A stretch of DNA of 64,000 bases from Spirulina sp. (GCA_044070495.1 JBIPSI010000013.1:64001-128000), one strand, 5' to 3'; positions 37,869-49,261 are shown, numbered from the stretch's first letter. Made by a program: numbers and translations. The notes: generated by a model not told the origin, from the letters alone.

Positions 37869-38313
37869 CCTTCGACCTCTGAAGTAGTGCGTAATGAGGT
37901 CAGCAACCCAGCACTGAACATCTCCCCGACAAACGGCGACCCACCACGCGCATCCAGACCCAAAAGACGACAGGGGAATCCCCCAAGGCTTGGCCCCGGC
38001 AGCGCCACAGTTGGCGAGTGCTGCCTTGCTGGTTCAGTGTTTAGCCGTCAACCTCTAATGTGTCGCTCAACAAAGAAATGTGCTTAAAAACACGGTTTCC
38101 CCTCATCCATCCTAGATCGGGTTTTCCCCAACTCGTGTTAAGCAATGATGACGGAAATTACGGAAAATCAACGAATTTGAGCCGCAATTTATCATTGTAT
38201 ACAACCTGAAAACCCTTGCCTAGATAGCCATTACGCCTATTCCTAAGCCTCGGTCTTGTCATTCTGTCCGCCAAAAATGATCCCGAATCATCCCCAATGC
38301 CTGGTCTGACAGG

Positions 38314-38667
38314 GTGAGGTCAGCCCAACTGGATCGAGAGACCCTGGGCTGCGATGTTGAACCCTTTCGCGCCGCCGTCCACCAGGGCGACTGGAAACTG
38401 GTTTGCCAAATTACCATCCCCTCCAAGACTAAACTGTTTAACATCGCCCAGGATCCTAGCGAGGAAACCAACCTGGCGGATCGCAACCGCCGCATGGTAA
38501 ACAAGCTCAAGCAACGGGTCGAAGCCGCATCCCAGGAAGCGGGATTTCCCCTAGTGCTTACAGCAGATCTAGGAACGGCGAAGAGTGCGCTGTTTTCCGC
38601 CGTTGCCACATCCAAGGAAGCGGCGGCCATCGATAACCTGCCATACCCCCTACTCCCGCTGGCCTAA
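38314..38667 (+). pseudogene. C-terminal fragment of an arylsulfatase
   Basis: VEPFRAAVHQGDWKLV..LFNIAQDPSEETNLAD; catalytic CxPxR N-terminus absent. Confidence 0.75.
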
Positions 38668-38699
38668 TATAGCCCGCAACGCTAGCCGCTAAAATCCGC

Positions 38700-38768
38700 T
38701 TTTTAACGACTGAGGCTGACCTTATTGGTATAGCTTTGCACATACCTCAGCCTTTCAAACGTCCTCTC
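38700..38768. mobile_element. Right-end remnant of the GAG-ended MITE
   Basis: ACGACTGAGGCTGACCT..GGTATA..CTTTCAAACGTCCTC matches 5171-5237. Confidence 0.75.
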
Positions 38769-38815
38769 AGATCCGTTTTTTAGACACCACGTCCAAGGAG
38801 CACCAATTCATGAAA

Positions 38816-39139
38816 TCAATAAAAAATAGCCAGCCAAATGGTTTCTTCCTCTGGTGTTGTCCACTTCACACGATGTTTTTGATGAGCTTCAATGTTTAGA
38901 TGATCACCTTCTTCAAGTTCTATGATTTGATCCTCAAGCTCTAACAGTGCAGATCCTTTTAGAACCAGAATCCATTCCGATTGATCTTGGTCATACCAAA
39001 AACCATCTTCAGATTTTTGACCTTTTGACAGGATTCTTTCGATCTTGATGGTTTTGTGTTGAAGGATAGTCTGGAAAACTTCGTCTGGAAGCTGGCGGGG
39101 AATGTCAGAAAATAGGTTGTGTTTGAATTCAGAGGTCAT
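38816..39139 (-). CDS. Cupin domain protein
   Basis: IERILSKGQ..WYDQDQSEWILVLKG..AHQKHRVKWT..TIWLAIFY; AT-rich. Confidence 0.88.
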   Translation of the reverse strand: MTSEFKHNLFSDIPRQLPDEVFQTILQHKTIKIERILSKGQKSEDGFWYDQDQSEWILVLKGSALLELEDQIIELEEGDHLNIEAHQKHRVKWTTPEEETIWLAIFY

Positions 39140-39154
39140 TGCAATAGCGCCATA

Positions 39155-39302
39155 TATAGCGATTCCCAATGGAGTGAGATACACCGTTGCTGAGTTCTAG
39201 ATCCCCCCAGTGCCTAGTTGTCTAAGTCTCACGCTATCCCCCCTTTTTAAGGGGGCAGGGGGGATCATAGCAATGTACTTTACCCATGTGACATCCGCTA
39301 TA
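39155..39302. mobile_element. TA-ended MITE, second copy
   Basis: Matches 11291-11439 along its length, same orientation. Confidence 0.8.
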
Positions 39303-39340
39303 GTCCTTATCAATTAAGCTTAAGAATCCATTAGAAACGG

Positions 39341-40849
39341 CTAATCTGGCGGGTCGTTGGGTGCTCCCGTGGGCCATAGCCCTTCGTCTTCCGAGGCTTC
39401 GGCGGCGCGGGGTGTGGGGATATTTTCCGCTGCGTAGAGGGGTGGAGTGGGCACCAGTTCGAGCTGGCGGGGGCGTTGGGGCTGGGCCGATAGCTGACGG
39501 CGTTGGGAAATGGCTTCCTCGGTGGTTTCTTCGGCCACCACTTCGTAGAGGATGGCCTGTTTGTTGCCGCTGCCCTTGCGCAGAATGCGGCCTAGGCGCT
39601 GGACATATTCGCGAGTGGAGCCACTACCAGAGAGCAAAATGGCGATGCGGGCATCGGGGACATCCACCCCTTCGTTCAGAACATGGCTGACCACCAGGGT
39701 GGGGTAGTCGCCCTGTCGGAAGGCTTGCAGGATGGCGTGGCGCTCCTTCACTGGGGTTTGGTGGGTGATGGCGGGAATTAAAAAGTTTTGGGAAATGCGG
39801 TACACCGTGGCGTTGTCGTTGGTGAAGACCAGGGTGCGTTCCGGGTGGTGTTGGGCCAAGAGATCTTCCAACACCCGCAGCTTACCTTCGGTGCCAAGGG
39901 CGATGGTTTTGGCCTCTCGGTGGGCGAGCATAGCCCGCCGTCCGGCCTGGGATTGGGCACTGGCCCGCACAAACCGCTGCCAGCCCTGGGCGGAACTGAG
40001 CCAGATGTTAGCCTCCTGCAAAAAGCGGTTGCGTTGGGCGATCAGGTGATCGTAGCGGCGGCGCTCCTGGTTGGAGAGCTTCACCTTAATCGGCACAATC
40101 TCGAAGGGGGCAAGGGCTTGACCCGATAGATCCGCCGCTGATTTCTCGTAGACCACAGATCCCAGCAGGTGGGCTAGGTCTTCGTGGCGACCATCGGCCC
40201 GGTCGGGGGTGGCGGTGAGGCCCAGGCGGTAGGGGGCGATGGAATATTCCGCAATCACGCGGTTAAAGTCGCTGGGCAGGTGGTGGCATTCGTCGCAAAT
40301 CAGTAGGGCGTATTGGTTGCCCAAGCTTTCGGCGTGGATGGCAGCACTATCGTAGGTGGCGACCAAAATGGGGCTGCGATCCTTCGACCCACCACCCAAC
40401 AGCCCCACCTCCACATCGGGGAAAGCGGCCTCTAGGTGGGCATACCACTGGTGCATCAAATCCAGCGTGGGCACGGTGATCAGGGTGCTGCGGGGGGTAG
40501 CCTGCATTGCCATTTGGGCCAGGTAGGTCTTGCCGGAGGCCGTGGGCAGCACCACCACCCCTCGCCAACGGTTCCCGACCCAGGCCGCTAGGGCCTCCCG
40601 CTGGTGGGGGTAGGGCTCCATCGCCAGTTTGGGCGCTAAATCCAAGGGCTGAAAGGTTTGGGCCTGGTCGTTAAAGCTCACCTGATCTGCCCGCAGGGTT
40701 TCCACCAGGGCACGGTACTGATGGGCCGGAACCCGGAACTTCTCCACCCGGTCATCCCAATGGGCAAAATCCATCCAGCCCTTACCCCGTGGGGGCGGAT
40801 GCAAGATCAACGTGCCCCGGTCGTAGGTGAGGGTGGGGGTACGGCCCAT
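39341..40849 (-). CDS. SF2 helicase, XPB/Rad25/ResIII-like
   Basis: LPTASGKT, DECH, LTAT, EGVDVP, QRLGRILR. Confidence 0.92.
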   Translation of the reverse strand: MGRTPTLTYDRGTLILHPPPRGKGWMDFAHWDDRVEKFRVPAHQYRALVETLRADQVSFNDQAQTFQPLDLAPKLAMEPYPHQREALAAWVGNRWRGVVVLPTASGKTYLAQMAMQATPRSTLITVPTLDLMHQWYAHLEAAFPDVEVGLLGGGSKDRSPILVATYDSAAIHAESLGNQYALLICDECHHLPSDFNRVIAEYSIAPYRLGLTATPDRADGRHEDLAHLLGSVVYEKSAADLSGQALAPFEIVPIKVKLSNQERRRYDHLIAQRNRFLQEANIWLSSAQGWQRFVRASAQSQAGRRAMLAHREAKTIALGTEGKLRVLEDLLAQHHPERTLVFTNDNATVYRISQNFLIPAITHQTPVKERHAILQAFRQGDYPTLVVSHVLNEGVDVPDARIAILLSGSGSTREYVQRLGRILRKGSGNKQAILYEVVAEETTEEAISQRRQLSAQPQRPRQLELVPTPPLYAAENIPTPRAAEASEDEGLWPTGAPNDPPD

Positions 40850-40948
40850 GGGTTCATCGTTCGTCTTAGTTCATCGTAACGTTCTGCACCCAAGGCAGGT
40901 GCAACGAAGACTGTCGTGCGGTCTGGATCCGGCCCAACAGCGGAAACC

Positions 40949-41260
40949 CTAAACCCGGAACGGCTCGGATTGGGGCGTGAATTCGATGGGCAGCACCGCT
41001 TCCACGTTTTCTTGAGGATTGGGGATGATGATGTGGGTGGTCACCTCGGCGTAGCCCGGACAGGCATTGGCCGCTTCTAGCCCTGCCGCAACGGCCCGGT
41101 TCACTTCGCCGATGGGGCCACGCACCGCCACAAATTGCCGCCCACTTTCGGAACGGTCGTACTTGGTTAACGTCACCCGTCCGGCCTTGACCATGGCATC
41201 GGCGGCGGCCAAAACCGCCGGAAAGGTTTGGGTTTCAATTACGCCAACCGCAATGGTCAT
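40949..41260 (-). CDS. ccmK: Carboxysome BMC shell protein, CcmK3/CcmK6-like
   Basis: AVGVIET..AAADAMVKAGRV..VRG..EV..IPNPQENVEAVLPI. Confidence 0.92.
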   Translation of the reverse strand: MTIAVGVIETQTFPAVLAAADAMVKAGRVTLTKYDRSESGRQFVAVRGPIGEVNRAVAAGLEAANACPGYAEVTTHIIIPNPQENVEAVLPIEFTPQSEPFRV

Positions 41261-41313
41261 CAGGGGTATCCTTGGGGGGTCAAAAGAACGCTACACCCAC
41301 TATACCCTGAGGG

Positions 41314-41901
41314 CTAGACCTTAATGCCGCTGGGTTCTCCGGGGGCGGCGATGATGCGATCACAGCCTGATTCAGGTTTGGCCCAGTCGTAGTGGCAGTC
41401 CTTAGGATCGCCCCAGCAGAGGGTGAGGTAAATTTCGGTACGAGCCGCCGCAAGTTCCGCCCATTCGCAGGCGGCAATCAGGGCTTCTACTTGGTTGAGG
41501 GAGATGGGCCGGGCCGGACGACCCGCCAGCCAGAGTGTCAATTTGGGAACAGCCGCTCGCCAAAATTGAACAATGGCGGGCTTGGCGGCGGTGAGGGTGA
41601 GCTTATCGTCGGGGGTGGCAATTAGTTGGGGATGCAGTTCCGGCACCCGCAGACTTTGGCCCTGGAAATGACAGGTGTGCCACACCAAACCAGAGACCCC
41701 GTGCTGCCGCTGATAGTCGTGGATCTGCGCTCGAAAATCCTGAATCGCAAACACCTTACTGAGCTGATTGGCCCCCAACGCCTTGGCAATGACTGGGTTA
41801 TCCAGCCGCTGATCGGAGGACAGCACCACCCGTTCGCCCCGCCAGGTGGCCCGTAGTTCTTGATCTAAAAACGCCAGCAGTTGTTCGGTGGTGTAGGTCA
41901 T
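41314..41901 (-). CDS. Conserved hypothetical protein
   Basis: 195 aa ORF co-oriented with ccmK. Confidence 0.8.
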   Translation of the reverse strand: MTYTTEQLLAFLDQELRATWRGERVVLSSDQRLDNPVIAKALGANQLSKVFAIQDFRAQIHDYQRQHGVSGLVWHTCHFQGQSLRVPELHPQLIATPDDKLTLTAAKPAIVQFWRAAVPKLTLWLAGRPARPISLNQVEALIAACEWAELAAARTEIYLTLCWGDPKDCHYDWAKPESGCDRIIAAPGEPSGIKV

Positions 41902-42065
41902 AGTTGGCCTTTGCCGTAGGGATGCCCGCTCAGCGATAGACCCATCCTAGCAAGGGGGCTAGGGCAATTTTGTGGCCCACTATAGTTTTATGGCCTCAGT
42001 AGATCGTAAACAGGCTCTTCGTGTCGTAAGGACTTTGTGATTCCCACCGTACCCAACCCACGCCT

Positions 42066-43001
42066 CTACAGCCTGGCCAGTCGCTCGGTTAACATCTGGT
42101 AGAAAGCGGGGGCGTTGGGCGTCTCGATGACCGTAGCATTGGCGGGTCTGTCCTCAGCCAGGTGGGGATCGGCGACGGTACGGCCCAGACAGAGGGAGCT
42201 ATCGGTTTCGATGGCCAGGTGCATCGGGCGACCTGCAAAGAGATCGGGCTGAAGCAGGTAGGCGATCACGCAGGGATCGTGGAGGGGCGCACCCGCTAGG
42301 CCGTAGCATTCGCCCTCCCGCTGGCCGTAATGGCGCAATAGTCCAGAGGCGGATCGGCCTACGGGGGTGCCCAAGGCTTCCAGGGCTGCGAGGCGTTCGG
42401 AAGTAGTAATCACCTGATGGGTCACGTCGAGGGGAATCAGCGTGAAATTTAGCCCCGCTTCCACCACCACCCTAGCGGCGTGGGGATCGGCATAGATATT
42501 GAACTCGGCGTTGGGGGTGACGTTGCCTCGGCCCAGGGCACCCCCCATGGCCACCACCTGATCAATCGTTTGGGCAATCTCAGGGGCCTGAATCAGCGCC
42601 ACCGCCAGGTTGGTGAGGGGGCCAAGGGTAGCCAGGGTGATTGGCTCCTGGGCCGCTTTGCACTGGTCAATTAAGAAACCAACGGCATGCTGGGGCTGCA
42701 AGGGCTGGGTCGGTTCCAGCAATTCAGCCCCATCCAAACCCGTTTGGCCATGGACATGCTCGGCGGTGACGGGGGCGCGTAGGATGGGTCGAGGACATCC
42801 GGCATAGATAGGCACCTCCTGTCGCTGGGCCAGTTGGCAAACGCGACGGGCGTTGTACTGGGTCAAATCTAGGGGAACATTGCCAGCCACGGTGGTAATG
42901 CCCAGTAGGTTGAAATCCTCAGGGCTGGCCAAGGCGAGGAGGAGGGCAATGGCATCGTCAACGCCAGGGTCGCAGTCAATGATCAGGGGTCGCCGTACCA
43001 T
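42066..43001 (-). CDS. Inosine-uridine preferring nucleoside hydrolase
   Basis: DCDPGVDD, GPLTN, AEFNIYADP, LHDP. Confidence 0.95.
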   Translation of the reverse strand: MVRRPLIIDCDPGVDDAIALLLALASPEDFNLLGITTVAGNVPLDLTQYNARRVCQLAQRQEVPIYAGCPRPILRAPVTAEHVHGQTGLDGAELLEPTQPLQPQHAVGFLIDQCKAAQEPITLATLGPLTNLAVALIQAPEIAQTIDQVVAMGGALGRGNVTPNAEFNIYADPHAARVVVEAGLNFTLIPLDVTHQVITTSERLAALEALGTPVGRSASGLLRHYGQREGECYGLAGAPLHDPCVIAYLLQPDLFAGRPMHLAIETDSSLCLGRTVADPHLAEDRPANATVIETPNAPAFYQMLTERLARL

Positions 43002-43114
43002 GGGTTGGCTCCAAGGTTGAATAGTGGCTCAGGCGGAAATCGTCCGTCGGCAATAGTCGGTCTTCCGCCCTCTGCAACGGTACTGGACGGCTGCTAACGT
43101 AAGATTATCCTACG

Positions 43115-44233
43115 TTGCGTTGGGGTATCGCCTTGGCCTGGATTGCGTCGTCTCGTTCCGTCTGTCTTGCGTTGGCCAGTGCGCTTTTGGCCACGGGTTG
43201 TGCTGGCGGTTCCTTTGGAGATGCCGTCCAGCAATCCCTGGAGGCCGATCCCCAACTGCAAGCCCAATTTCCCGCTGATGACGAAGCTGCCCAGGAAGAA
43301 TCGACCTCGGACGATTCCGCCCCTCCAGGGGTCACCGATGTAGACGGGGCGGCGGATGGGGCTAGCGCCGATTCGTTAGCTTCCACCGGATCCGCGTCTA
43401 ATCAGGATTCAACGAATACTAGGCCAATACCGGGCGATCCGGCCTTCATTGGCCCTCCGCCCCCAGCCAGTTGGGGGGAATCTAAACCCGATGGTGCAGC
43501 GGAGAGCGCAGGGGAACCGCCAACCCAGATTGCCGATGCCAACACCCTCCTTGCCGAAGTACCCGCCGATCTCAAACCCTACGTGCAGGACTGGCTGACC
43601 CTGGGGATCACCGCTGGGGAGGGCTTTGCAGATATTCCCTTTCAGCCCAGCCGCACCATTACCCGTGGGGAATATGCCCACTGGCTGTTTGCCGCCAATA
43701 ATCAGTTTTATCGCGATCAGCCCACCAAACGAATTCGTCCCGGTTCGCCCAACAGCACCCCCGCCTTCCAGGATGTGCCCCCCGGTCATCCCTATTTCGC
43801 CGCCATTCAGGGGTTAGCCGAAGCGGGGATCATTCCCAGCGCCCTCAGTGGCAATGCCGTCGCCGTTACCTTTCGCCCCGACGATACCCTCACCCGCGAA
43901 AGCCTGCTGCTGTGGAAGGTGCCCCTCGATACCCGCACCGTGCTGCCCGTGGCCACGGTGGAGGCGGTGCAAGCGGCCTGGGGGTTCCAGGATGCTGCGG
44001 AAATCGAACCCCTAGCCCTACGCGCCGTCCTGGCGGATCGCCAAACCGGAGACTTTGCCAACATTCTGCGGGCCTTTGGCTTCACAACGCTCTTTCAGCC
44101 GAAGCGAGCCGTTTCCCAGGCCGAAGCCGCCGCCGTGCTCTGGCGATTTGGCCACCAAACCGAGGGGGTCTCGGTTCAGGATGTGATCCGACGGGGCTCC
44201 GCCGCCGAAGCAACCAGCCCAGACCAGCGCTAG
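43115..44233 (+). CDS. S-layer homology domain lipoprotein
   Basis: Lipobox LATGC, acidic linker, SLH motifs ITRGE, FQDVP, LTRE. Confidence 0.85.
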   Translation: MRWGIALAWIASSRSVCLALASALLATGCAGGSFGDAVQQSLEADPQLQAQFPADDEAAQEESTSDDSAPPGVTDVDGAADGASADSLASTGSASNQDSTNTRPIPGDPAFIGPPPPASWGESKPDGAAESAGEPPTQIADANTLLAEVPADLKPYVQDWLTLGITAGEGFADIPFQPSRTITRGEYAHWLFAANNQFYRDQPTKRIRPGSPNSTPAFQDVPPGHPYFAAIQGLAEAGIIPSALSGNAVAVTFRPDDTLTRESLLLWKVPLDTRTVLPVATVEAVQAAWGFQDAAEIEPLALRAVLADRQTGDFANILRAFGFTTLFQPKRAVSQAEAAAVLWRFGHQTEGVSVQDVIRRGSAAEATSPDQR

Positions 44234-44459
44234 GCAATCTTTTAGCCGTGCGGTGTAGCGCAGGATCGCAAGCAAAGTATACGGGGTCACCCAGCAGCAA
44301 GGAAGGTAGGTCAATCTCCCAGCCGATCCATCCTGCGGGCATCCAGGGAGAACCCTATTCCGCCCCCCGAACTTAGTTGATGGTCTGAATCTTTACCCCA
44401 ATCATCCCTTCTGACCACGGATTAACGATTAATTTATCTTCGCCAAAACTGAGCCACAA

Positions 44460-44517
44460 AAAACGAACTTCTCTGACCTTGGGATGGCCCCTCGACTACG
44501 TCAGAAAAGTTCGTTTT
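44460..44517 (-). terminator. Terminator downstream of psaK
   Basis: AAAACGAACTTCTCTGAC..GTCAGAAAAGTTCGTTTT inverted repeat. Confidence 0.7.
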
Positions 44518-44578
44518 GGGAGTATTTTTTGTCAAAAGGTCTGTTAGACGAACTTTCGCAAATTAAGTTCCCTAGTTG

Positions 44579-44839
44579 TTACAAAGCACCCAAGTTGGCG
44601 AGGCCCAAAATGACCCCAGCCCCCAGCAAATGGCCAAAGCTGGTGGTGCCCAGCACCGCACCCACCCCAAAGCCGCCAAACAGGTTGGAGGAGGGCATGG
44701 CTGGCCCCACACTGGGATACTTAATGGTGAACTTACCAATGGCGATGGCCAGGATATTGCAGACAATCATCACCGCTGCCACCTTGGGGCTCCAGGTGAG
44801 GGTGGTGGGAACAGCCGCGAGAACAGGTAGGAATGCCAC
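44579..44839 (-). CDS. psaK: Photosystem I subunit PsaK
   Basis: WSPKVAAVMIVCNILAI..LGTTSFGHLLGAGVILGL; GTG start after GGAGG. Confidence 0.93.
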   Translation of the reverse strand: MAFLPVLAAVPTTLTWSPKVAAVMIVCNILAIAIGKFTIKYPSVGPAMPSSNLFGGFGVGAVLGTTSFGHLLGAGVILGLANLGAL

Positions 44840-44999
44840 AGGAATAACCTCCAAAACACAATCGAGATGAAAGGGCGGCGATCACCCCAAAGGGCGGAAG
44901 GCCAATGCGCCGAACCGCTACCCCCAAGCCTCTCTAGCCGGATGGGGCGCGTCCGTTAGGCTTACTTTTCCACGGGGTTGTAGATTTCGGTGAAGGACT

Positions 45000-45017
45000 G
45001 TTGCAAGAATTTACAAT
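45000..45017. promoter_or_regulatory. HLR1-like (RpaB) site upstream of psaK
   Basis: GTTGCAAG-AA-TTTACAAT resembles (G/T)TTACA(T/A)(T/A)-N2 direct repeat. Confidence 0.5.
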
Positions 45018-45042
45018 CTTGGAAAGTAACGACGGTAGATCT

Positions 45043-45472
45043 AATGGAACATGCCTTAACCTGGTTCCCTTTGCTAGGGACGTTTATCTGGCTGGCCTGG
45101 GCGGGCTGGAATGAGTATCAAAAGGTGCAAACCTACGAGGCCTGGGCCACCGGGGCCGACCGCAGCAAGTACGATATTCGCGCCGTTCTCACCCAGCGAG
45201 GCACCACCCTCACCTGGGGCAAGCCCACTCGCCAAGGCCCCATTGATCTGGCTAGCGTTGCCCTAGAGGACATTGAGACCATTGCCCTGCATGTGAACGG
45301 TGCACCCGTGCAGGCGGGCACCTACGTCAAGCGGGGGCAGCGGATTGAGATCGTTCTCACTACCCCTCAAGCCGTTGCCCACCGGATTCCATTTATTGAG
45401 TTTCCCATGGCCCAACAGTGGAAAAAAGCCTTGCAGGAATCGCTACAGGCGCTAAAATCGGCATCATCTTAA
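45043..45472 (+). CDS. Conserved membrane-anchored hypothetical protein
   Basis: N-terminal TM, WNEYQK, KYDIRAVL, WGKPTRQGP; precedes ftsQ. Confidence 0.8.
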
Positions 45473-45499
45473 TGGCCCTCAGTCCCTGCCAGCGCCGCT

Positions 45500-46339
45500 A
45501 TGTCCGACGTCCCCTCTGTTTCCCGCGACCAACTCCAGGCCCGTCGTAAAACCCTACGCCGCCGCCGTCGCCTAACCCTCAGCCAATCCCTCTGGCGTTG
45601 GTTGGCTATGGCAGGGCTAACGGGGGCGGTGTTTTGGGGAGCCACTCGGCCCATCTGGCTGATCCACAGCCCACGCCAAATCCAGGTGAGCGGCAACGAA
45701 CGGCTCAGTGATGAGGCGCTGCAAGCCCTAGTGCCCATCGACTATCCCCAGTCCCTACTAGAGGTTGAACCCGAGGACATTGCCCTGCAATTGCGGCAGC
45801 GTGCCCCCCTAGTGGAGGCCAAGGTGAGCCGCCAAATTTTGCCCCCTCGGCTCAAGGTACAGGTGCAGGAGCGGGTGCCGGTGGCGGTAGTCTTGCCCGC
45901 GAGGGGAGAAGGAGAGGAGGGGAATGGGCAGTACCTTCAGGCTGGGCTGATTGATGCCCAGGGAGCCTGGATGCCGAAGTCCAGCTTTGGCCTCCAATCC
46001 GCCAGCGATGCCCAACTGCCTACGCTGCGCCTACGCGGAATCCAATCCCAGTACCAGCGCTACTGGCCTCAGATCTACGCCACTATCCGCACCAGCCCCG
46101 TGGCGATCCAAGAACTCGACTGGCACGACCCCAGCAATCTCGTTCTCCATACGGATCTGGGCGTCGTGTACCTAGGGGCCTACAGCCCTGACCTAGAGCG
46201 CCAGTTAGCCACCCTAGACCAAATGCGCAATCTATCGGAGCAGGTAGGCAAGGCCCAGGTGTCCCACATTGACTTGACCAATCCCGACCGCCCTTCCCTG
46301 GCCCTGACCAACCCATCACAACCGGAAGACCAGCCCTAG
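45500..46339 (+). CDS. ftsQ: Cell division protein FtsQ
   Basis: Basic N-terminus, TM, POTRA (IQVSGN..V.RQILPP.L.V.V.ER); upstream of ftsZ. Confidence 0.9.
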   Translation: MSDVPSVSRDQLQARRKTLRRRRRLTLSQSLWRWLAMAGLTGAVFWGATRPIWLIHSPRQIQVSGNERLSDEALQALVPIDYPQSLLEVEPEDIALQLRQRAPLVEAKVSRQILPPRLKVQVQERVPVAVVLPARGEGEEGNGQYLQAGLIDAQGAWMPKSSFGLQSASDAQLPTLRLRGIQSQYQRYWPQIYATIRTSPVAIQELDWHDPSNLVLHTDLGVVYLGAYSPDLERQLATLDQMRNLSEQVGKAQVSHIDLTNPDRPSLALTNPSQPEDQP

Positions 46340-46653
46340 GGGGCCCTGCCATTATGCCGTTACCATGGCCAAGGTCATGGCAGCACCATCCCCATTAATC
46401 CGCAGATAGGTTCCCCTCCAAACTGGCTGACTGTCCTCATATCCAGGACATTTTTCGGGTCTGCGTCGCCGGGAACCGAAGGCTTAAGGGGGGGGCATTT
46501 TTAGATTTTCTTTAGAAATACGGACAAAGGATTCCATTTTTAGATTTCGTTTGTTTTTTTCAACTGAAGTAATCTATAGTTGTCTAGAATCAGCCAGGGT
46601 TAGCCAGAACAGTGCTTAGTGCTATTGTTCATAACCTGTATTAACGATTGCCT

Positions 46654-47970
46654 ATGATTTTTGAGCCCCCAAATTCTGGCGATTTCCCCAGTGCCGATCC
46701 CCGTTCTAACTCCGTTCACTCCGATAACCACGTGGTCCCTCCCTCGGGCGACGCTGTAGCTTCGGTTAATGAACATCCCGGCTCTGATCTCAATACCTTC
46801 CACCCTATCGGACGTCAGCCCAGTCAACCTAACGATGCTACCGCTATGCCCGGAGATACGTTAAACCACAACACCGCATTGCCCAGTAGCGTTGCCCGTA
46901 TCAAGGTGATTGGGGTGGGAGGTGGCGGCTGTAATGCCGTCAACCGCATGATCCATAGCGGCCTAGCTGGCATCGAATTTTGGTCTGTGAACACTGACGC
47001 CCAGGCCCTAGAAAACTCTGCCATTTCTAACACGCTCCACATTGGTCAAAAGTTGACCCGTGGCTTGGGGGCAGGCGGGAACCCCGCCATTGGCCAAAAA
47101 GCCGCCGAGGAATCCCGTGAGGATATCGCAGCGGCCCTAGAAGATTCTGACCTCGTCTTTATTACGGCGGGGATGGGGGGAGGCACCGGAACCGGAGCCG
47201 CTCCCATTGTGGCGGAGATTGCCAAGGAAGCTGGAGCCCTCACCATCGGGGTTGTCACCCGTCCTTTTACCTTTGAGGGGCGTCGTCGCATGACCCAAGC
47301 CGACGAGGGCATTGCCGCCCTCCAGGGCCGGGTAGACACCCTGATTGTGATCCCCAACGACAAGCTGCTGTCGGTGATTTCCGAGCAAACCCCCGTCCAG
47401 GAAGCCTTCCGCACCGCCGACGACATCCTGCGCCAGGGCGTTCAGGGTATTTCCGACATCATTACTATCCCCGGCTTGGTGAACGTAGACTTCGCCGACG
47501 TGCGGGCGGTGATGGCGGATGCGGGTACGGCGCTGATGGGGATTGGCGTTGGCTCCGGCAAGTCGCGAGCCAGGGAAGCGGCCATTGCGGCCATTTCCTC
47601 ACCCCTGCTAGAGGCGTCCATTGATGGCGCGTCCGGTGCCGTCTTTAACGTCACTGGCGGCACCGACCTCACCCTCCATGAGGTTAACGCAGCGGCGGAA
47701 ATTATCTACGAAGGGGTCGATCCCAACGCCAACATTATCTTTGGGGCCGTTATCGATGAACGACTGCAAGGGGAAGTGAGAATCACCGTCATCGCCACGG
47801 GCTTTAATACCCGACCGGGGGTGCAGCCCGTCGTAGAAGCCGAGCGAGTCACGCCCTTCAAGCGCAACCTGACGCCACCCCCTCCCACGTCCCCCGGCGG
47901 TGGAGGAGGGTTAGGTGCAGGACTTGATATCCCTGAGTTTCTGCAACGACGACGCCCCAACAATCGTTAG
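46654..47970 (+). CDS. ftsZ: Cell division protein FtsZ
   Basis: [30 protein letters not shown]. Confidence 0.98.
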   Translation: MIFEPPNSGDFPSADPRSNSVHSDNHVVPPSGDAVASVNEHPGSDLNTFHPIGRQPSQPNDATAMPGDTLNHNTALPSSVARIKVIGVGGGGCNAVNRMIHSGLAGIEFWSVNTDAQALENSAISNTLHIGQKLTRGLGAGGNPAIGQKAAEESREDIAAALEDSDLVFITAGMGGGTGTGAAPIVAEIAKEAGALTIGVVTRPFTFEGRRRMTQADEGIAALQGRVDTLIVIPNDKLLSVISEQTPVQEAFRTADDILRQGVQGISDIITIPGLVNVDFADVRAVMADAGTALMGIGVGSGKSRAREAAIAAISSPLLEASIDGASGAVFNVTGGTDLTLHEVNAAAEIIYEGVDPNANIIFGAVIDERLQGEVRITVIATGFNTRPGVQPVVEAERVTPFKRNLTPPPPTSPGGGGGLGAGLDIPEFLQRRRPNNR

Positions 47971-48019
47971 TGGCCCATCCTAGGATCTACCACCGACTCA
48001 TCCATCCGACCGTAACACC

Positions 48020-48832
<813 letters not shown>

Positions 48833-48842
48833 AGCGTCTGCC

Positions 48843-49169
48843 CTAGGACTCAACACCCAACAGCCGCGCCACCACGGTTTCGATGGCAGGGGCCAAGGCT
48901 TGCAGCACAGGGGACAGGATGACGACCGTGCCCGCAGTGATAATAATGGTGCGGGCAATCATCAGGTTATCCCGCAAAAGCTGAAAGAACCGATCATCCC
49001 AGCGCTTAATCTCCTCGGCCAACTGCTGATCTCGGCGTTTGCCGTCCTCCGCGAGCTGGTTCACGTCAGCGGTGATGCGGTCTACAGTGAGACCAATGCG
49101 ATCAATGGTCTCACTGTTTTTAGCCACAAGGGCTTCAATACGGTCTAGACGGTCGTTGCTTTGGGTCAT
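48843..49169 (-). CDS. Coiled-coil protein with C-terminal TM
   Basis: DRLDRIEALV.. heptad pattern then hydrophobic segment. Confidence 0.75.
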   Translation of the reverse strand: MTQSNDRLDRIEALVAKNSETIDRIGLTVDRITADVNQLAEDGKRRDQQLAEEIKRWDDRFFQLLRDNLMIARTIIITAGTVVILSPVLQALAPAIETVVARLLGVES

Positions 49170-49229
49170 GGGTCAATGTGGGCGAAACCCTGTGCCTACA
49201 GTATGCCAAAGGAATAGCCTACCAAACCA

Positions 49230-49261
49230 AAGACCCCGGAGTGCTGAACTACCGGGGTCTT
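49230..49261. terminator. Terminator hairpin
   Basis: AAGACCCCGG..CCGGGGTCTT. Confidence 0.6.
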
